Source: a candidate division FCPU426 bacterium
GTDB taxonomy: Bacteria; Oederibacteriota; JAAXVQ01; JAUVAV01
DNA length: 64,000 nucleotides
Direction of reading: 5' to 3'
Assembly: GCA_040756875.1 (NCBI GenBank)
Contig: JBFLYH010000002.1
Location: forward strand, 638,978-702,977
Every line of letters begins with the position of its first letter. Position 1 is the first letter of the stretch. The notes below the pieces were generated by a model. It did not search any database. It was not told the DNA's origin and saw nothing but the letters and a program-made list of their open reading frames with translations. The position numbers and the translations under genes were made by a program. Below, piece after piece: positions 39,425 to 49,137 of the stretch.

Positions 39425-40849
39425 CTACAGCAGGTGCTGGACCGCCTGCCGGGCGCTCTCGACCACCAGGCCGGGAAAAACGCCCAGGAGCAGGATGCCG
39501 ATCAGCGTCGCGGTCAGGACCAGGGCCAGGGGCCACGCCACGGCCACGCCGGTTGCGGGAAGGCGTTCCGGCGGCTGGATATACACGGCCCGGATGACGC
39601 GCAGATAGTAATAAAGGGAGAGCGCGGAATTGAGCACGGCCAGCACCACCAGCCAGACATACCCCTGGCCAAAGACCGCCGTGAAAAGATAAAATTTCGC
39701 CGTGAACCCGGCCAAGGGCGGAATGCCGGCCAGGGAAAGCAGGGCCAGCATCAAGACCAGGCCCAGGCGCGGCGAGCGCTGCGCCAAGCCCGCGTACGCG
39801 GCCAGGTCGGTCGAACCCGAAGCTTGCTCGATGGCGATCACGACCGCAAATGCCGCCAGGTTGGTCGGAAGGTAGGCAGCCAGATAATACAGCAGGGCCG
39901 AAAGCCCGAGGGTGTCGCCCGCCACCAGGCCCATGATCAGGTAGCCGGCCTGCGCCACCGAGGAATACGCCAAGAGCCGCTTCAGGTTGGTCTGGGGAAT
40001 GGCGGCAAAGTTGCCCAGGGTCATGGTGGCCGCGGCCAGCACGGCCAGCACCATGCCCCATTCGCGGCTCAAGGCCGCAAAGGCGCCGGCCAGCAGGCGC
40101 AGGGCCAGAACGAACCCCGCGGTCTTGCTGGCCACGGATAAAAACGCCGTGACCGGCGTGGGCGCGCCTTCATACGCGTCCGGCACCCAGAGGTGGAACG
40201 GCACCAGCGCCACTTTGAATCCCAGTCCCACCAGCACGCACAACAAGCCGATGACCACCATGGGTTCCAGGCTGCGTCCCACCAGGGCCTGGGCCAGGTC
40301 CGCCAGGCGGGTGGCGCCGGCGGCCGCATACAGGAGCGAGAGCCCGAACAGCAGCACGCCCGAACCCACGGCCGCCAGAATGAGGAATTTCAGCCCGCCT
40401 TCCGCGGATTTGCGGTCCGCCGGGCAATAGGCGGTCAAGAGCACCATGGGCACGGTCGCCAGTTCCAGGCCGATGTAGAGGGTGATCAGTTCCTGCCCCG
40501 AAGCCAGGACCATCATGCCCAAGCCGGCGGACAGCAGCAGGAACCAGAATTCGCCCATGGGGCGCTTCCAGGTTTGGTCCCAAGTCCAGGCGCTGAGTAC
40601 GACCAGGCCGAGCGCGGCCAGGACCAGGATCTTGACCAGGCGCGCCACGCCGTCGGCCGCATACACGCCGCCAAAGGAGCCGTCCGGCAGGGCCGCGACC
40701 GCGACCAGCGCGAGCAGCGTGCCGGCCAGGGCCACACCGGCCAGCACCCGCCGGCTCCTATCCCGCGGCAGCAGCAGGTCCGCCAGCAGAACCGCACCCA
40801 GACAGGCCACGATGATGAATTCAGGCAGCAGCGGAAGCCACGCGGTCAC
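39425..40849 (-). CDS. nuoN: NADH-quinone oxidoreductase subunit N
   Basis: FKVALVPFHLWVPDAYEGAP, KRLLAYSS, GIPPLAGF. Confidence 0.94.
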   Translation of the reverse strand: MTAWLPLLPEFIIVACLGAVLLADLLLPRDRSRRVLAGVALAGTLLALVAVAALPDGSFGGVYAADGVARLVKILVLAALGLVVLSAWTWDQTWKRPMGEFWFLLLSAGLGMMVLASGQELITLYIGLELATVPMVLLTAYCPADRKSAEGGLKFLILAAVGSGVLLFGLSLLYAAAGATRLADLAQALVGRSLEPMVVIGLLCVLVGLGFKVALVPFHLWVPDAYEGAPTPVTAFLSVASKTAGFVLALRLLAGAFAALSREWGMVLAVLAAATMTLGNFAAIPQTNLKRLLAYSSVAQAGYLIMGLVAGDTLGLSALLYYLAAYLPTNLAAFAVVIAIEQASGSTDLAAYAGLAQRSPRLGLVLMLALLSLAGIPPLAGFTAKFYLFTAVFGQGYVWLVVLAVLNSALSLYYYLRVIRAVYIQPPERLPATGVAVAWPLALVLTATLIGILLLGVFPGLVVESARQAVQHLL

Positions 40850-42300
40850 GGCAGACTCCTTAACAGCGCGGTCAGGGGTTCAACCGTGAGATTGATGACC
40901 CGCAGCAGCGAGGCGGGATACACGCCCACGCCCAACATGACCAGCATGAGGATCGCCAGGCAGGTTTTTTCCACGCCGTTGGCGTCGGTCAGTCCGTGGA
41001 AGGACTCGCGGACCGGACCGAAGAAAATTTTCTGGACCACGCGCAGCACGTAAATCGCGGTAAACAGGATGCCGGTCACGGCAATGGCCGCGTATACGGG
41101 ATGCACGCGGAAGGCGCCCATGAAAACCAGCAGTTCGGCCACGAACCCGGAAAAACCCGGCAGGCCCAGGGACACCAGCCCGCCCACAGTGAAGGCCACG
41201 GCCAGGAAGGGCATTTGCTTGGCCAGGCCGCCCATGTCCGGAATAATGCGGGTATGGGTGCGGCCGTAGACCATGCCGACCAGCGCGAAGAACAGGCCGG
41301 TCATGATGCCGTGGGAGAACATCTGCAGGACCGCGCCGTTCAGGGCCACGGGATGCAGGGTGCAGATGCCCAGGAGCACGATGCCCATGTGGGACACCGA
41401 GGAATAGGCCACGACGTACTTCAGGTCGGTCTGGGCCATGGCCACGAGCGAGCCGTAGACAATGTTGACCAGGGTGAAGAGCCCGAGCCAGGGCGCCCAA
41501 AATTGCGCGCCCTGCGGCAGCAGTTCCACACCGATGCGCAGGATACCGAACGCGCCCAGTTTCATCAGCACGCCCGCGTGCAGCATGGACACGGCCGTGG
41601 GCGCGGAGGCGTGGCCGTCGGGCGACCAGGTATGGAAGGGCCAGAACCCCGCCAGCGTGCCGAAGCCGAGGAAGAGAACGGGGAAAAACAGCTTTTGGAA
41701 CCCGGGCGTGAACGCCTTGGCCGCGATGTCGGGCAGATAGAAGCTGCGGCCTTCGCCGCTGAAATACAGGGCCAGGAGCCCCACCAGCATCAGGGCGCTG
41801 CCCACCAGCAGGTACAGGGTCAGCTTCATGGCGGAGTATTCCTTCCGCCCGGTGCCCCAAATGCCGATTAAGAGGTACATGGGCAAAACGGCCAATTCGT
41901 AGAACAGGAAGAAGAGGAAGAGATCGCGCGCCATGAACACGCCGAACACACCGGTCACCAGAACCAGGAGCATGGCGAAAAATTCCTGCGGCCGCTCCAG
42001 GTGGTCCCACGACGCCAGCACGCCCGTAAAAATGATGATGGCGGTGAGGAGGATCATGGCCAGACCCATGCCGTCCAGGGCCAGGCTGTAGGAAATGCCC
42101 AGCGAGGGCAGCAGGGGCGCGGTTTCGAGGAATTGGAAGCCCTGGGTCAGCTGGAACCGGAACCAGACACTCAGCGTGGCCGCGAGGCCGACCAGTGTGC
42201 CGGCCAGGGCCACCCAGCGGGGCCAGGTCACGCGCTCGCGCGGCAGGAACATGATGACCAGCGCGGCCGCGAAAGGTATGGCGAGGATCAGCGATAGCAT
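40846..42300 (-). CDS. nuoM: NADH-quinone oxidoreductase subunit M
   Basis: PFHTWSPDGH, KLGAFG, AYSSVSHMG, GLPGFSGFVAE. Confidence 0.94.
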   Translation of the reverse strand: MLSLILAIPFAAALVIMFLPRERVTWPRWVALAGTLVGLAATLSVWFRFQLTQGFQFLETAPLLPSLGISYSLALDGMGLAMILLTAIIIFTGVLASWDHLERPQEFFAMLLVLVTGVFGVFMARDLFLFFLFYELAVLPMYLLIGIWGTGRKEYSAMKLTLYLLVGSALMLVGLLALYFSGEGRSFYLPDIAAKAFTPGFQKLFFPVLFLGFGTLAGFWPFHTWSPDGHASAPTAVSMLHAGVLMKLGAFGILRIGVELLPQGAQFWAPWLGLFTLVNIVYGSLVAMAQTDLKYVVAYSSVSHMGIVLLGICTLHPVALNGAVLQMFSHGIMTGLFFALVGMVYGRTHTRIIPDMGGLAKQMPFLAVAFTVGGLVSLGLPGFSGFVAELLVFMGAFRVHPVYAAIAVTGILFTAIYVLRVVQKIFFGPVRESFHGLTDANGVEKTCLAILMLVMLGVGVYPASLLRVINLTVEPLTALLRSLP

Positions 42301-42320
42301 GCGAACTTCTCTCCTTTATC

Positions 42321-44183
42321 TTAAGGCAGCGCCAGCACCGCGGACTGCGTCAATAGCACGGTCACAGCCATGATCAGCAGGCCCAGCACCAGGGCCAGGA
42401 GGTAGGCGGACAAGCGCCCCACCTGCACCAGGCGCAGCAACGATCCGGTCTGACGGCACAGCCAGGCCACGCCGTTGACCGCGCCGTCGACTACGTTCCG
42501 GTCAAACCACGCCAGCACGCGCGAGAACGCGAACAGCAGGCGGCGAACCAGCCACTGGTAGGCTGCGTCGATGTAGTATTGGTTCACCAGCAATTCGTAC
42601 AGCCAGGAAAACCGGCGGGCCAGCAAGGCGGCTGAAACCGCCCGCTGATAATAAACCAGGTAGGCCCAGCCGAATCCAAAGCACGCGGCGATGAACGCCA
42701 GCAGGGGGATCAGCCGGTCGTGCCCGGCTTCCGCGGCCGCGGCGCCCAGCGACTGTCCGAGGAACTGCTGGATGGGTTCGGCCCAAAAACCGAGCACCGT
42801 GGAAATCAGGGCCAGGAGCAGCATGGGCAGGGTCATGACCAGCGGGGACTCGTGGCCGGATTTGCCGGCAGCCGGCCGCTGGGTAAAGACCGTGAAAAAG
42901 AGGCGGAAGATGTAGAAGCTGGTGATCAGGGCTGTGAGCAGGCCGATGACCAGCAGGTCCAGGCGCCCGCTATGGGCCACGGCCAGCAGCACCGCGTCCT
43001 TGCTGAAAAAGCCGGCGAAGGGAAACACGCCGGCCAGCGCGAGCGCGCCCACCAGCGTGACGAGCGACGTGATTTTCATGGTGCGTCCCAGCCCGCCCAT
43101 GTCCCAGATGCGGTTGGTGTGCACGGCGTGGATGACCGAGCCCGCGGCCAGGAACAGCAGGGCCTTGAACGCACCGTGGGTGAGCAGGTGGAAAATGCCG
43201 GCCGTGTACCCGCCGCAGCCCAGGGCCAGCATCATGTAGCCCAGCTGCGACACTGTGGAGTAGGCCAGGATGCGCTTGATGTCGTTTTGCACGCAGGCCA
43301 TGGTCGCGGCCAGAAACGCCGTGCCGCCGCCGATGTAGGAAATCACGGTCAGCGCGTCGGGCGAGGCCGTGAACAGCGGAAACAGTCGGGCGACCATGAA
43401 CACGCCGGCCGCCACCATGGTGGCCGCGTGGATCAAGGCGGATACGGGCGTGGGGCCCTCCATGGCGTCCGGCAGCCAGATGTGCAGCGGGAACTGCGCG
43501 CTCTTGCCGACCGCGCCGGCAAAGAGCAAGAGGGCCACGGTCGTGGCCAGCCCGCCCGTGAGCTTGCCGGCCTGCACCGCCTGGCCGAGCTCGGCGATGT
43601 TGAAGGTGTTGAGCAGGTGCCCGATCAGCAGGATGCCGATCAGGAAGCCGAGGTCTCCGAAGCGGGTGACGATAAAGGCTTTCTTGCCCGCGTTGGCCGC
43701 CTCGGGTTTTTGGTACCAGAAACCGATGAGCAGGTAGGAGCACAGCCCGACCAGTTCCCAGAACATGTACATGAGCACCAGGTTGTTGGCCAGCACCAGG
43801 CCCAGCATGGAGAACGTAAAGAGGGACAGGTAGGCAAAATACCGCGGCCGGTCCGGATCATCGGACATGTAGCCCAGGGAGTACACCTGGATCATGAGGG
43901 AGACGAAACTCACGATCACCAGCATCATGGCCGAGAGGGGGTCGACCAGCAGGCCCGCCTCCAGGGCCAGCTGCCCGGCCGATTGCAGCCAGGGCCAGGT
44001 CATCTGGTTCACGCGGGGGTTGGCCAGCAGCAGGATCAGCAGCTTGAGCGAGATGACGAGCGAGAAAAACACCGCGCTCGCGGTCAGGCCCCCGGCCAGG
44101 CGCGTCACGCGGCGGCCGAGCAGGGCCACCACGGCCGCGGCCAAGAGCGGCAGCAAGGGGATGATCCAGGCGTTCGCAATCAT
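42321..44183 (-). CDS. nuoL: NADH-quinone oxidoreductase subunit L
   Basis: GKSAQFPLHIWLPDAMEGPTPVSALIHAATMV. Confidence 0.95.
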   Translation of the reverse strand: MIANAWIIPLLPLLAAAVVALLGRRVTRLAGGLTASAVFFSLVISLKLLILLLANPRVNQMTWPWLQSAGQLALEAGLLVDPLSAMMLVIVSFVSLMIQVYSLGYMSDDPDRPRYFAYLSLFTFSMLGLVLANNLVLMYMFWELVGLCSYLLIGFWYQKPEAANAGKKAFIVTRFGDLGFLIGILLIGHLLNTFNIAELGQAVQAGKLTGGLATTVALLLFAGAVGKSAQFPLHIWLPDAMEGPTPVSALIHAATMVAAGVFMVARLFPLFTASPDALTVISYIGGGTAFLAATMACVQNDIKRILAYSTVSQLGYMMLALGCGGYTAGIFHLLTHGAFKALLFLAAGSVIHAVHTNRIWDMGGLGRTMKITSLVTLVGALALAGVFPFAGFFSKDAVLLAVAHSGRLDLLVIGLLTALITSFYIFRLFFTVFTQRPAAGKSGHESPLVMTLPMLLLALISTVLGFWAEPIQQFLGQSLGAAAAEAGHDRLIPLLAFIAACFGFGWAYLVYYQRAVSAALLARRFSWLYELLVNQYYIDAAYQWLVRRLLFAFSRVLAWFDRNVVDGAVNGVAWLCRQTGSLLRLVQVGRLSAYLLALVLGLLIMAVTVLLTQSAVLALP

Positions 44184-44236
44184 GCATTCACTCCCAACCA
44201 AAATCCCTGCAGCCAACGGCAGGGTCGTTCAGCGGT

Positions 44237-44449
44237 TCATTGCCCTTCGGCGTTCAGCGTGTTTCCGATCCCAATCTCCACCCGTTCCAGCACTACCGGC
44301 GTGGGCAAGGGCGTTACGGCCCGCGGGTCGCCTTCGGTCCAGCGCTGCGGCGTGCAGCAGCCTGAAACCAGGAAAAGCATCCCCGCCCCGGCCGCAAAAA
44401 ATCCCAGCAAGGACACCCATGCAATCACTGCGGTTTTTCTCATCGTCAC
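44237..44449 (-). CDS. Small putative lipoprotein inside the nuo operon
   Basis: AGGAGG RBS, basic N-terminus, hydrophobic stretch, lipobox VSGC. Confidence 0.6.
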   Translation of the reverse strand: MTMRKTAVIAWVSLLGFFAAGAGMLFLVSGCCTPQRWTEGDPRAVTPLPTPVVLERVEIGIGNTLNAEGQ

Positions 44450-44500
44450 TGCCCTCCTGATCCAAGGATTCAGCCGCGGCGCATCCGCCCCGGCGCAAGT

Positions 44501-44809
44501 CTAACCCTTCAGGACGGTCAGCCGGTCAAGGTCAGCATCCTGCTGCGTGCGGTAAATGGCGATGACCACGGCCAACCCGACCGCAGCCTCGGCCGCGGCC
44601 ACGGTGATGACGAAAATCGCGAATACCTGGCCGGCCGCATGCCCTAAAAAGCAGGCCGCAGCCGTGAAGTTTAGCGCCACGGCCAGCATGATCAGCTCCA
44701 CGGACAGGAGCAACGCCACGGCGTGCCGGCGCGTAATGACGCCGAACAGGCCCAGGCCGAACAGCAGGCTGGAGACGACCAAGTAATGTTCGAGACTCAG
44801 CGCACCCAT
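44501..44809 (-). CDS. nuoK: NADH-quinone oxidoreductase subunit K
   Basis: SVELIM, AAAEAAVGLA. Confidence 0.94.
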   Translation of the reverse strand: MGALSLEHYLVVSSLLFGLGLFGVITRRHAVALLLSVELIMLAVALNFTAAACFLGHAAGQVFAIFVITVAAAEAAVGLAVVIAIYRTQQDADLDRLTVLKG

Positions 44810-44811
44810 GT

Positions 44812-45306
44812 TCAATCCTCCTGGCCGCGGGCGATGACAATGGCGCCGATCAGCGCGGCCAGCAACAGCACGGACACCAGTTCGAACGGCAGCACGAACG
44901 GCCCGAGCAGCAGCTCGCCCAGCTGGCGCACCGTGAACTGCCCGGCCGCCGCGGCCGTGGCCGCGGGGCGGGAAAGGAGCACACCCGCGACTAGCGCGGT
45001 CAGGGCCAGGGACGTCAGCCCGGCCAGTACGGTCAGTTCATTGCTGCTGGGGAGCGCGCTGCGGCCGAAATTCCCGGTGAGCAGGATCGCGAACACCGCC
45101 AGCACCACCACCGCACCCACGTACACCAGCACCAGCACGAACGCCAAAAATTCCGCGGAGACCGTCAGCATCAGCCCGGCCACGGCCAGGCTGACCACGG
45201 CCAGGGCCAGGACCGCGTGCCAGACATTGCGGCTGGCGACCAGCATCACAGCCGCGGCCACGGCCACGGCGCTTAATAGATAGAACCCCACGGCAGTCGC
45301 GGTCAT
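44812..45306 (-). CDS. nuoJ: NADH-quinone oxidoreductase subunit J
   Basis: AEFLA, LVYVGAV, LPFELVS. Confidence 0.92.
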   Translation of the reverse strand: MTATAVGFYLLSAVAVAAAVMLVASRNVWHAVLALAVVSLAVAGLMLTVSAEFLAFVLVLVYVGAVVVLAVFAILLTGNFGRSALPSSNELTVLAGLTSLALTALVAGVLLSRPAATAAAAGQFTVRQLGELLLGPFVLPFELVSVLLLAALIGAIVIARGQED

Positions 45307-45797
45307 GCCTCTTTCGCCTTTCCGGCCGCGGGCTGCGGCAGCCCGCCGTCCCAGGGTTCGCCAAAAGCCAGGGTCTCGGCCTGCAGATGCCGTTTCAGGA
45401 GCGCCTTGTCCCACACCGCCAGTTCATGCTCGTGCGACATGCGCAGCGCGTCGAAGGGGCAGACTTCGGTGCACAGGCCGCAGAAAGTGCAGCGGTCCAG
45501 GTGGTGCAGAAAATCGCCGGCGTACCGCTTGCCCGCCTCGTTGGTCGCGACCGTGATTTCAATCGAGTGGTTGGGGCAGGTGCGCTGGCACAGCAGGCAG
45601 GCGGTGCAGCGGTCCTTGCCAATCGCCGGATCCTTGGGCAGCACCAGCCGGCCGCGGCTGCGCGCCGGCCAACTCAGGCGTTCTTCCGGATACTGCACGG
45701 TAAACGGCCTGACGAAAAGCTGGCGCAGGGTCACCCACAGGCCCTTGACCAGGCTCGCGCCCGCGTTCCAGGATTCGGAAAAGAGTTGCTTCAACAT
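45303..45797 (-). CDS. nuoI: NADH-quinone oxidoreductase subunit I
   Basis: TVQYPEE and two CxxCxxCxxxCP motifs. Confidence 0.93.
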   Translation of the reverse strand: MLKQLFSESWNAGASLVKGLWVTLRQLFVRPFTVQYPEERLSWPARSRGRLVLPKDPAIGKDRCTACLLCQRTCPNHSIEITVATNEAGKRYAGDFLHHLDRCTFCGLCTEVCPFDALRMSHEHELAVWDKALLKRHLQAETLAFGEPWDGGLPQPAAGKAKEA

Positions 45798-45811
45798 GCG
45801 TTGTCCGTTTT

Positions 45812-45839
45812 GTAGGGGCGTTCGATTGAACGCCCCTAC
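45812..45839. repeat. GTAG-type REP palindrome
   Basis: GTAGGGGCGTTC-GATT-GAACGCCCCTAC, perfect 12 bp stem between nuoH and nuoI. Confidence 0.75.
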
Positions 45840-45841
45840 GG

Positions 45842-46885
45842 TTATTGAATTAAAACCAGCACCAGGCCGGTCACTAAAATATTGATAAACGCCAGGGGCG
45901 TCAGCACCTTCCAGCTCAAATCCATCAACTGATCCGAACGCAGCCGGGGAAAGGTCCAGCGGAACCAGTAGAACAGGAACAGAATCACGCCGGTTTTCGC
46001 CATCATCCAGAACCAGCCCGGCAGCCACGGCCCGTGCCAGCCGCCGAAAAACAGCGTGGCGCCGAGCATGGAAAGCACGAACATGTTCACGTACTCGGCC
46101 AAGTAAAAATAGGCGAAGCGGATGCCGCCGTATTCGGTGTGGAAGCCGGCCGTCAGCTCAGATTCGGCCTCGGGAATGTCAAAGGGATTGCGGTTGGTCT
46201 CGGCCACGGCCGAGGTCAAAAACACCAGGAACCCGATGGGCTGCAGCAGAATGTACGGCACGCGCGCCTGCGCGGCCACCAGGCCCTGCAAATCCAGGGT
46301 TTGCGCCAGCATGACCACGCCCAGCAGGGAGAGCACCAGCGGCACTTCGAAACTGATCATCTGAGCCGCGGAGCGCAAGCCGCCCAGCAGGGAGTATTTG
46401 TTGCCCGAACTCCAGCCCGCGATCAAAATGCCCAGCACGCCAGGCGTCCCGACCGCCAGCAGATACAAAAGCCCCACGTTGAGCTGGACCGGAGCCACGC
46501 CCCGGTCCCAGGGCAGCGCGATCAGGGCCAAAAACCCGGCCACGAACACCAGGTACGGCGCCGCGCGGTAGAGGCCGCGCTCGGCTGCGCTCGGGATTTC
46601 GCTTTCCTTGATGACCAGCTTGATGGTGTCCGCGATGAGCTGGAGCGCGCCGTGCCAGCCCACGCGCATGGGCCCGAGCCGGGCCTGCATGTGAGCCGAG
46701 ATCTTCCGCTCGCCGTACACCAGCACCATGACGATCACGGCGCACAGGCCAAAGAGCGCGAGCATGAGCACGACCGCGCCCACGGCCTCGCCGACCACCG
46801 GGGCCAGGCCCAGCGACGACGCCAGGCCCACCAGCCATTCGCGGCTGATCCGGATCCATTCCGCGGTTTCGGGGAAAAGTCTCAT
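45842..46885 (-). CDS. nuoH: NADH-quinone oxidoreductase subunit H
   Basis: RLGPMRVG, AETNRNPFDIPEAESEL, PRLRSDQLM. Confidence 0.95.
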   Translation of the reverse strand: MRLFPETAEWIRISREWLVGLASSLGLAPVVGEAVGAVVLMLALFGLCAVIVMVLVYGERKISAHMQARLGPMRVGWHGALQLIADTIKLVIKESEIPSAAERGLYRAAPYLVFVAGFLALIALPWDRGVAPVQLNVGLLYLLAVGTPGVLGILIAGWSSGNKYSLLGGLRSAAQMISFEVPLVLSLLGVVMLAQTLDLQGLVAAQARVPYILLQPIGFLVFLTSAVAETNRNPFDIPEAESELTAGFHTEYGGIRFAYFYLAEYVNMFVLSMLGATLFFGGWHGPWLPGWFWMMAKTGVILFLFYWFRWTFPRLRSDQLMDLSWKVLTPLAFINILVTGLVLVLIQ

Positions 46886-48018
46886 CGGTCGATCTCCGGC
46901 ACGATGAAATCCAGGCTGCCGAGAATGGCCACCACGTCCGCCACCTTGACGCCTGCGAGCAGCTTGGGCAGCACGGACAGGTTGGCGAAACTGGGCACGC
47001 GGATGCGGCAGCGGGTGGGTTTGACGGTTCCGTCGGACGCCAGGTAAAAACCCTGGATGCCGCGCGACGACTCCACGCGGGCGTAGGCTTCGCCCACCGG
47101 CGGCTTGAATACGCGCGGCACCTTGGCCTGGACCTCGCCCTCGGGCAGGCCGTCCAGGGCCTGGGCCACGATGCGGGCGCTCTGTTTCATCTCCTCGACG
47201 CGCACCTGATAGCGCGCCAGGGCGTCGCCATCGGCGCGGGTGACGACGTCAAACTGGAATTCCGGATAGGCGGAATACGGCTCGCTGCGCCGCAGGTCGA
47301 GCGCCATGCCCGAGCCGCGCAGGCTCGGGCCGGTCACCGCGTGGGAGCGCGCGATCGCGGGGTCGAGGACGCCCACCCCGCGCATGCGCTGCAGGAAGAT
47401 CGCGTTGTCGGAAAGAATTTGATCGTACACGTCGGGCAGGCGTTCGAAATAGCGGAGGAACTTCCGGGCCTGGTCCGCGAACCCGGCCGGCAGGTCGCGG
47501 GACACGCCGCCGATGCGCAAGTAGTTGAAGGTCATGCGCTGGCCGCAGAGCAGGTCGAACAGGTCCAGGATCATCTCGCGCTCGCGGAACGTGTAGGTGA
47601 GCGGGGTGAACGCGCCCAGGTCCATGCCCATGCTGCCCAGCCACACCAGGTGGCTGGAAAGGCGGCAGAGTTCGCCCGTGATCACGCGCAGGTACTCGGC
47701 CCGGCGCGGCACCTGGATCCCGGCCAGGGTCTCGCAAGCCAGGCAAAAGGACCACTCGTTAAGTATGGATGAAAGGTAATCCAGGCGGTCGGTCAGGTAA
47801 ATGTATTGGGGATAGGTGAGCGCCTCGGCCATTTTTTCCATGCCCCGGTGCACGTAGCCGAAATCCGGCTGGGCCGACACCACGCGTTCGCCGTCGAGCT
47901 TGAGGATCAGGCGCATGGCGCCGTGGGTGCTGGGATGCTGCGGCCCCATGTTGAGCGTGAGGGTTTCGGTGGCAAGCGCGGGCGCCTGGTCGAGCGGCGG
48001 CATGGGCGAAGGATTCAT
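46882..48018 (-). CDS. nuoD: NADH-quinone oxidoreductase subunit D
   Basis: NMGPQHPSTHG, GYVHRG, RLDY; no NiFe-binding CxxC motifs. Confidence 0.94.
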   Translation of the reverse strand: MNPSPMPPLDQAPALATETLTLNMGPQHPSTHGAMRLILKLDGERVVSAQPDFGYVHRGMEKMAEALTYPQYIYLTDRLDYLSSILNEWSFCLACETLAGIQVPRRAEYLRVITGELCRLSSHLVWLGSMGMDLGAFTPLTYTFREREMILDLFDLLCGQRMTFNYLRIGGVSRDLPAGFADQARKFLRYFERLPDVYDQILSDNAIFLQRMRGVGVLDPAIARSHAVTGPSLRGSGMALDLRRSEPYSAYPEFQFDVVTRADGDALARYQVRVEEMKQSARIVAQALDGLPEGEVQAKVPRVFKPPVGEAYARVESSRGIQGFYLASDGTVKPTRCRIRVPSFANLSVLPKLLAGVKVADVVAILGSLDFIVPEIDR

Positions 48019-48019
48019 G

Positions 48020-48484
48020 TCAGTTCCCCGGGCGCCTGAGCAGGCGCTCGTCCTGGTAGTCTTTGCGCAGCGGATGGCCGCTCCAGTCCTCGGGCAGCAG
48101 GATCCGGCGCAGGTCCGGATGGCCGTCGAACCGGATGCCGAACAGGTCGAAGATCTCCCGCTCGTACCATTCCGCGCAGCCGAAGCGCGAGACCAGGCTG
48201 GGCGCCTGGGCCGTTTCCCGGGCTATTGGCGCTTTCACCGTGAGCCGGCGCCGGACATCCGCGCTGGACACCAGGTGCAGCACCAATTCAAAGCTGGTCC
48301 CCAGGTCGCGGGCCGTGTAATCTTCGACCGTGTCCCATCCGAATTCAGGCCGGGCCAGGGTCTCGCAGGCCGCGGCGAGCGCGTCAGCAGCGGCCAGGCC
48401 CACCAGCGGGCCGAATCCTCCCTGCTCGCTGACCTGGGCGCCCGGGAAAGCGGATTGCAACTGTTCGAGCAGATTATCGGGCAT
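48020..48484 (-). CDS. nuoC: NADH-quinone oxidoreductase subunit C
   Basis: EREIFDLFGIRFDGHPDLRRILL, GHPLRKDY. Confidence 0.93.
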   Translation of the reverse strand: MPDNLLEQLQSAFPGAQVSEQGGFGPLVGLAAADALAAACETLARPEFGWDTVEDYTARDLGTSFELVLHLVSSADVRRRLTVKAPIARETAQAPSLVSRFGCAEWYEREIFDLFGIRFDGHPDLRRILLPEDWSGHPLRKDYQDERLLRRPGN

Positions 48485-48582
48485 GGAGCCCCCGGCGCCT
48501 TATGCCGGGGTTCCTCCTTTCGCCTCGCGTGATACCGCTGACGGCGGGGCGACATCCCCGGCGCAGGGCGACAACTGTTTTT

Positions 48583-49137
48583 CTAAACATGGGACTCGCT
48601 TTCACTGCGCTGGGGATGAGGCTCCTGGGGTTTACGGCCGGGCAGGCGCTCGTGGCTGATTTTCTTTTCCAACGTCAAAATGGCATCAAGCAAGGCTTCG
48701 GGCCGCGGCGGGCAGCCGGGCAGGTACACATCCACAGGAATCAACTGGTCCACCCCGCGCACGGTCCCGTACGAATCATAGTGGAAGGGACCGCCTGAAA
48801 CCGCGCAGGCGCCCATGGCGATCACGTATTTCGGTTCGGCCAGCTGTTCGTACAGGCGTTTCAGGCGCGGCGCCATTTTCCAGCAGACCGTGCCGGCCAC
48901 CACCATCATGTCCGCCTGCCGGGGCGAGGCGCGCAACACCTCGTTGCCCAGGCGCGCCCAGTCGAACCGGGGCGCCCCGGTGCAGAACATTTCGATCGCG
49001 CAGCAGGAGAGTCCGAAGGTCAGGGGCCAGAGGGAATTCTTGCGCCCCCAGTTGATGAAAAATTCAGCGGTGGTCAGCGCCAGCGAGCCGCCGGGAAAGC
49101 GCTCCACCCATCCGGTCCACTTGTCCACTACCGCCAC
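48583..49137 (-). CDS. nuoB: NADH-quinone oxidoreductase subunit B
   Basis: [31 protein letters not shown] start after AAGGAG. Confidence 0.94.
   Translation of the reverse strand: MAVVDKWTGWVERFPGGSLALTTAEFFINWGRKNSLWPLTFGLSCCAIEMFCTGAPRFDWARLGNEVLRASPRQADMMVVAGTVCWKMAPRLKRLYEQLAEPKYVIAMGACAVSGGPFHYDSYGTVRGVDQLIPVDVYLPGCPPRPEALLDAILTLEKKISHERLPGRKPQEPHPQRSESESHV

Noticed and set aside
44229-44498. Alternative 89 aa ORF between nuoK and nuoL
   Set aside because: No RBS or recognisable features; the overlapping 70 aa lipoprotein frame is better supported.
46882-49137. Group 4 NiFe hydrogenase instead of complex I
   Set aside because: The large subunit lacks Ni-binding CxxC motifs and the small subunit has the tandem CC typical of NuoB.
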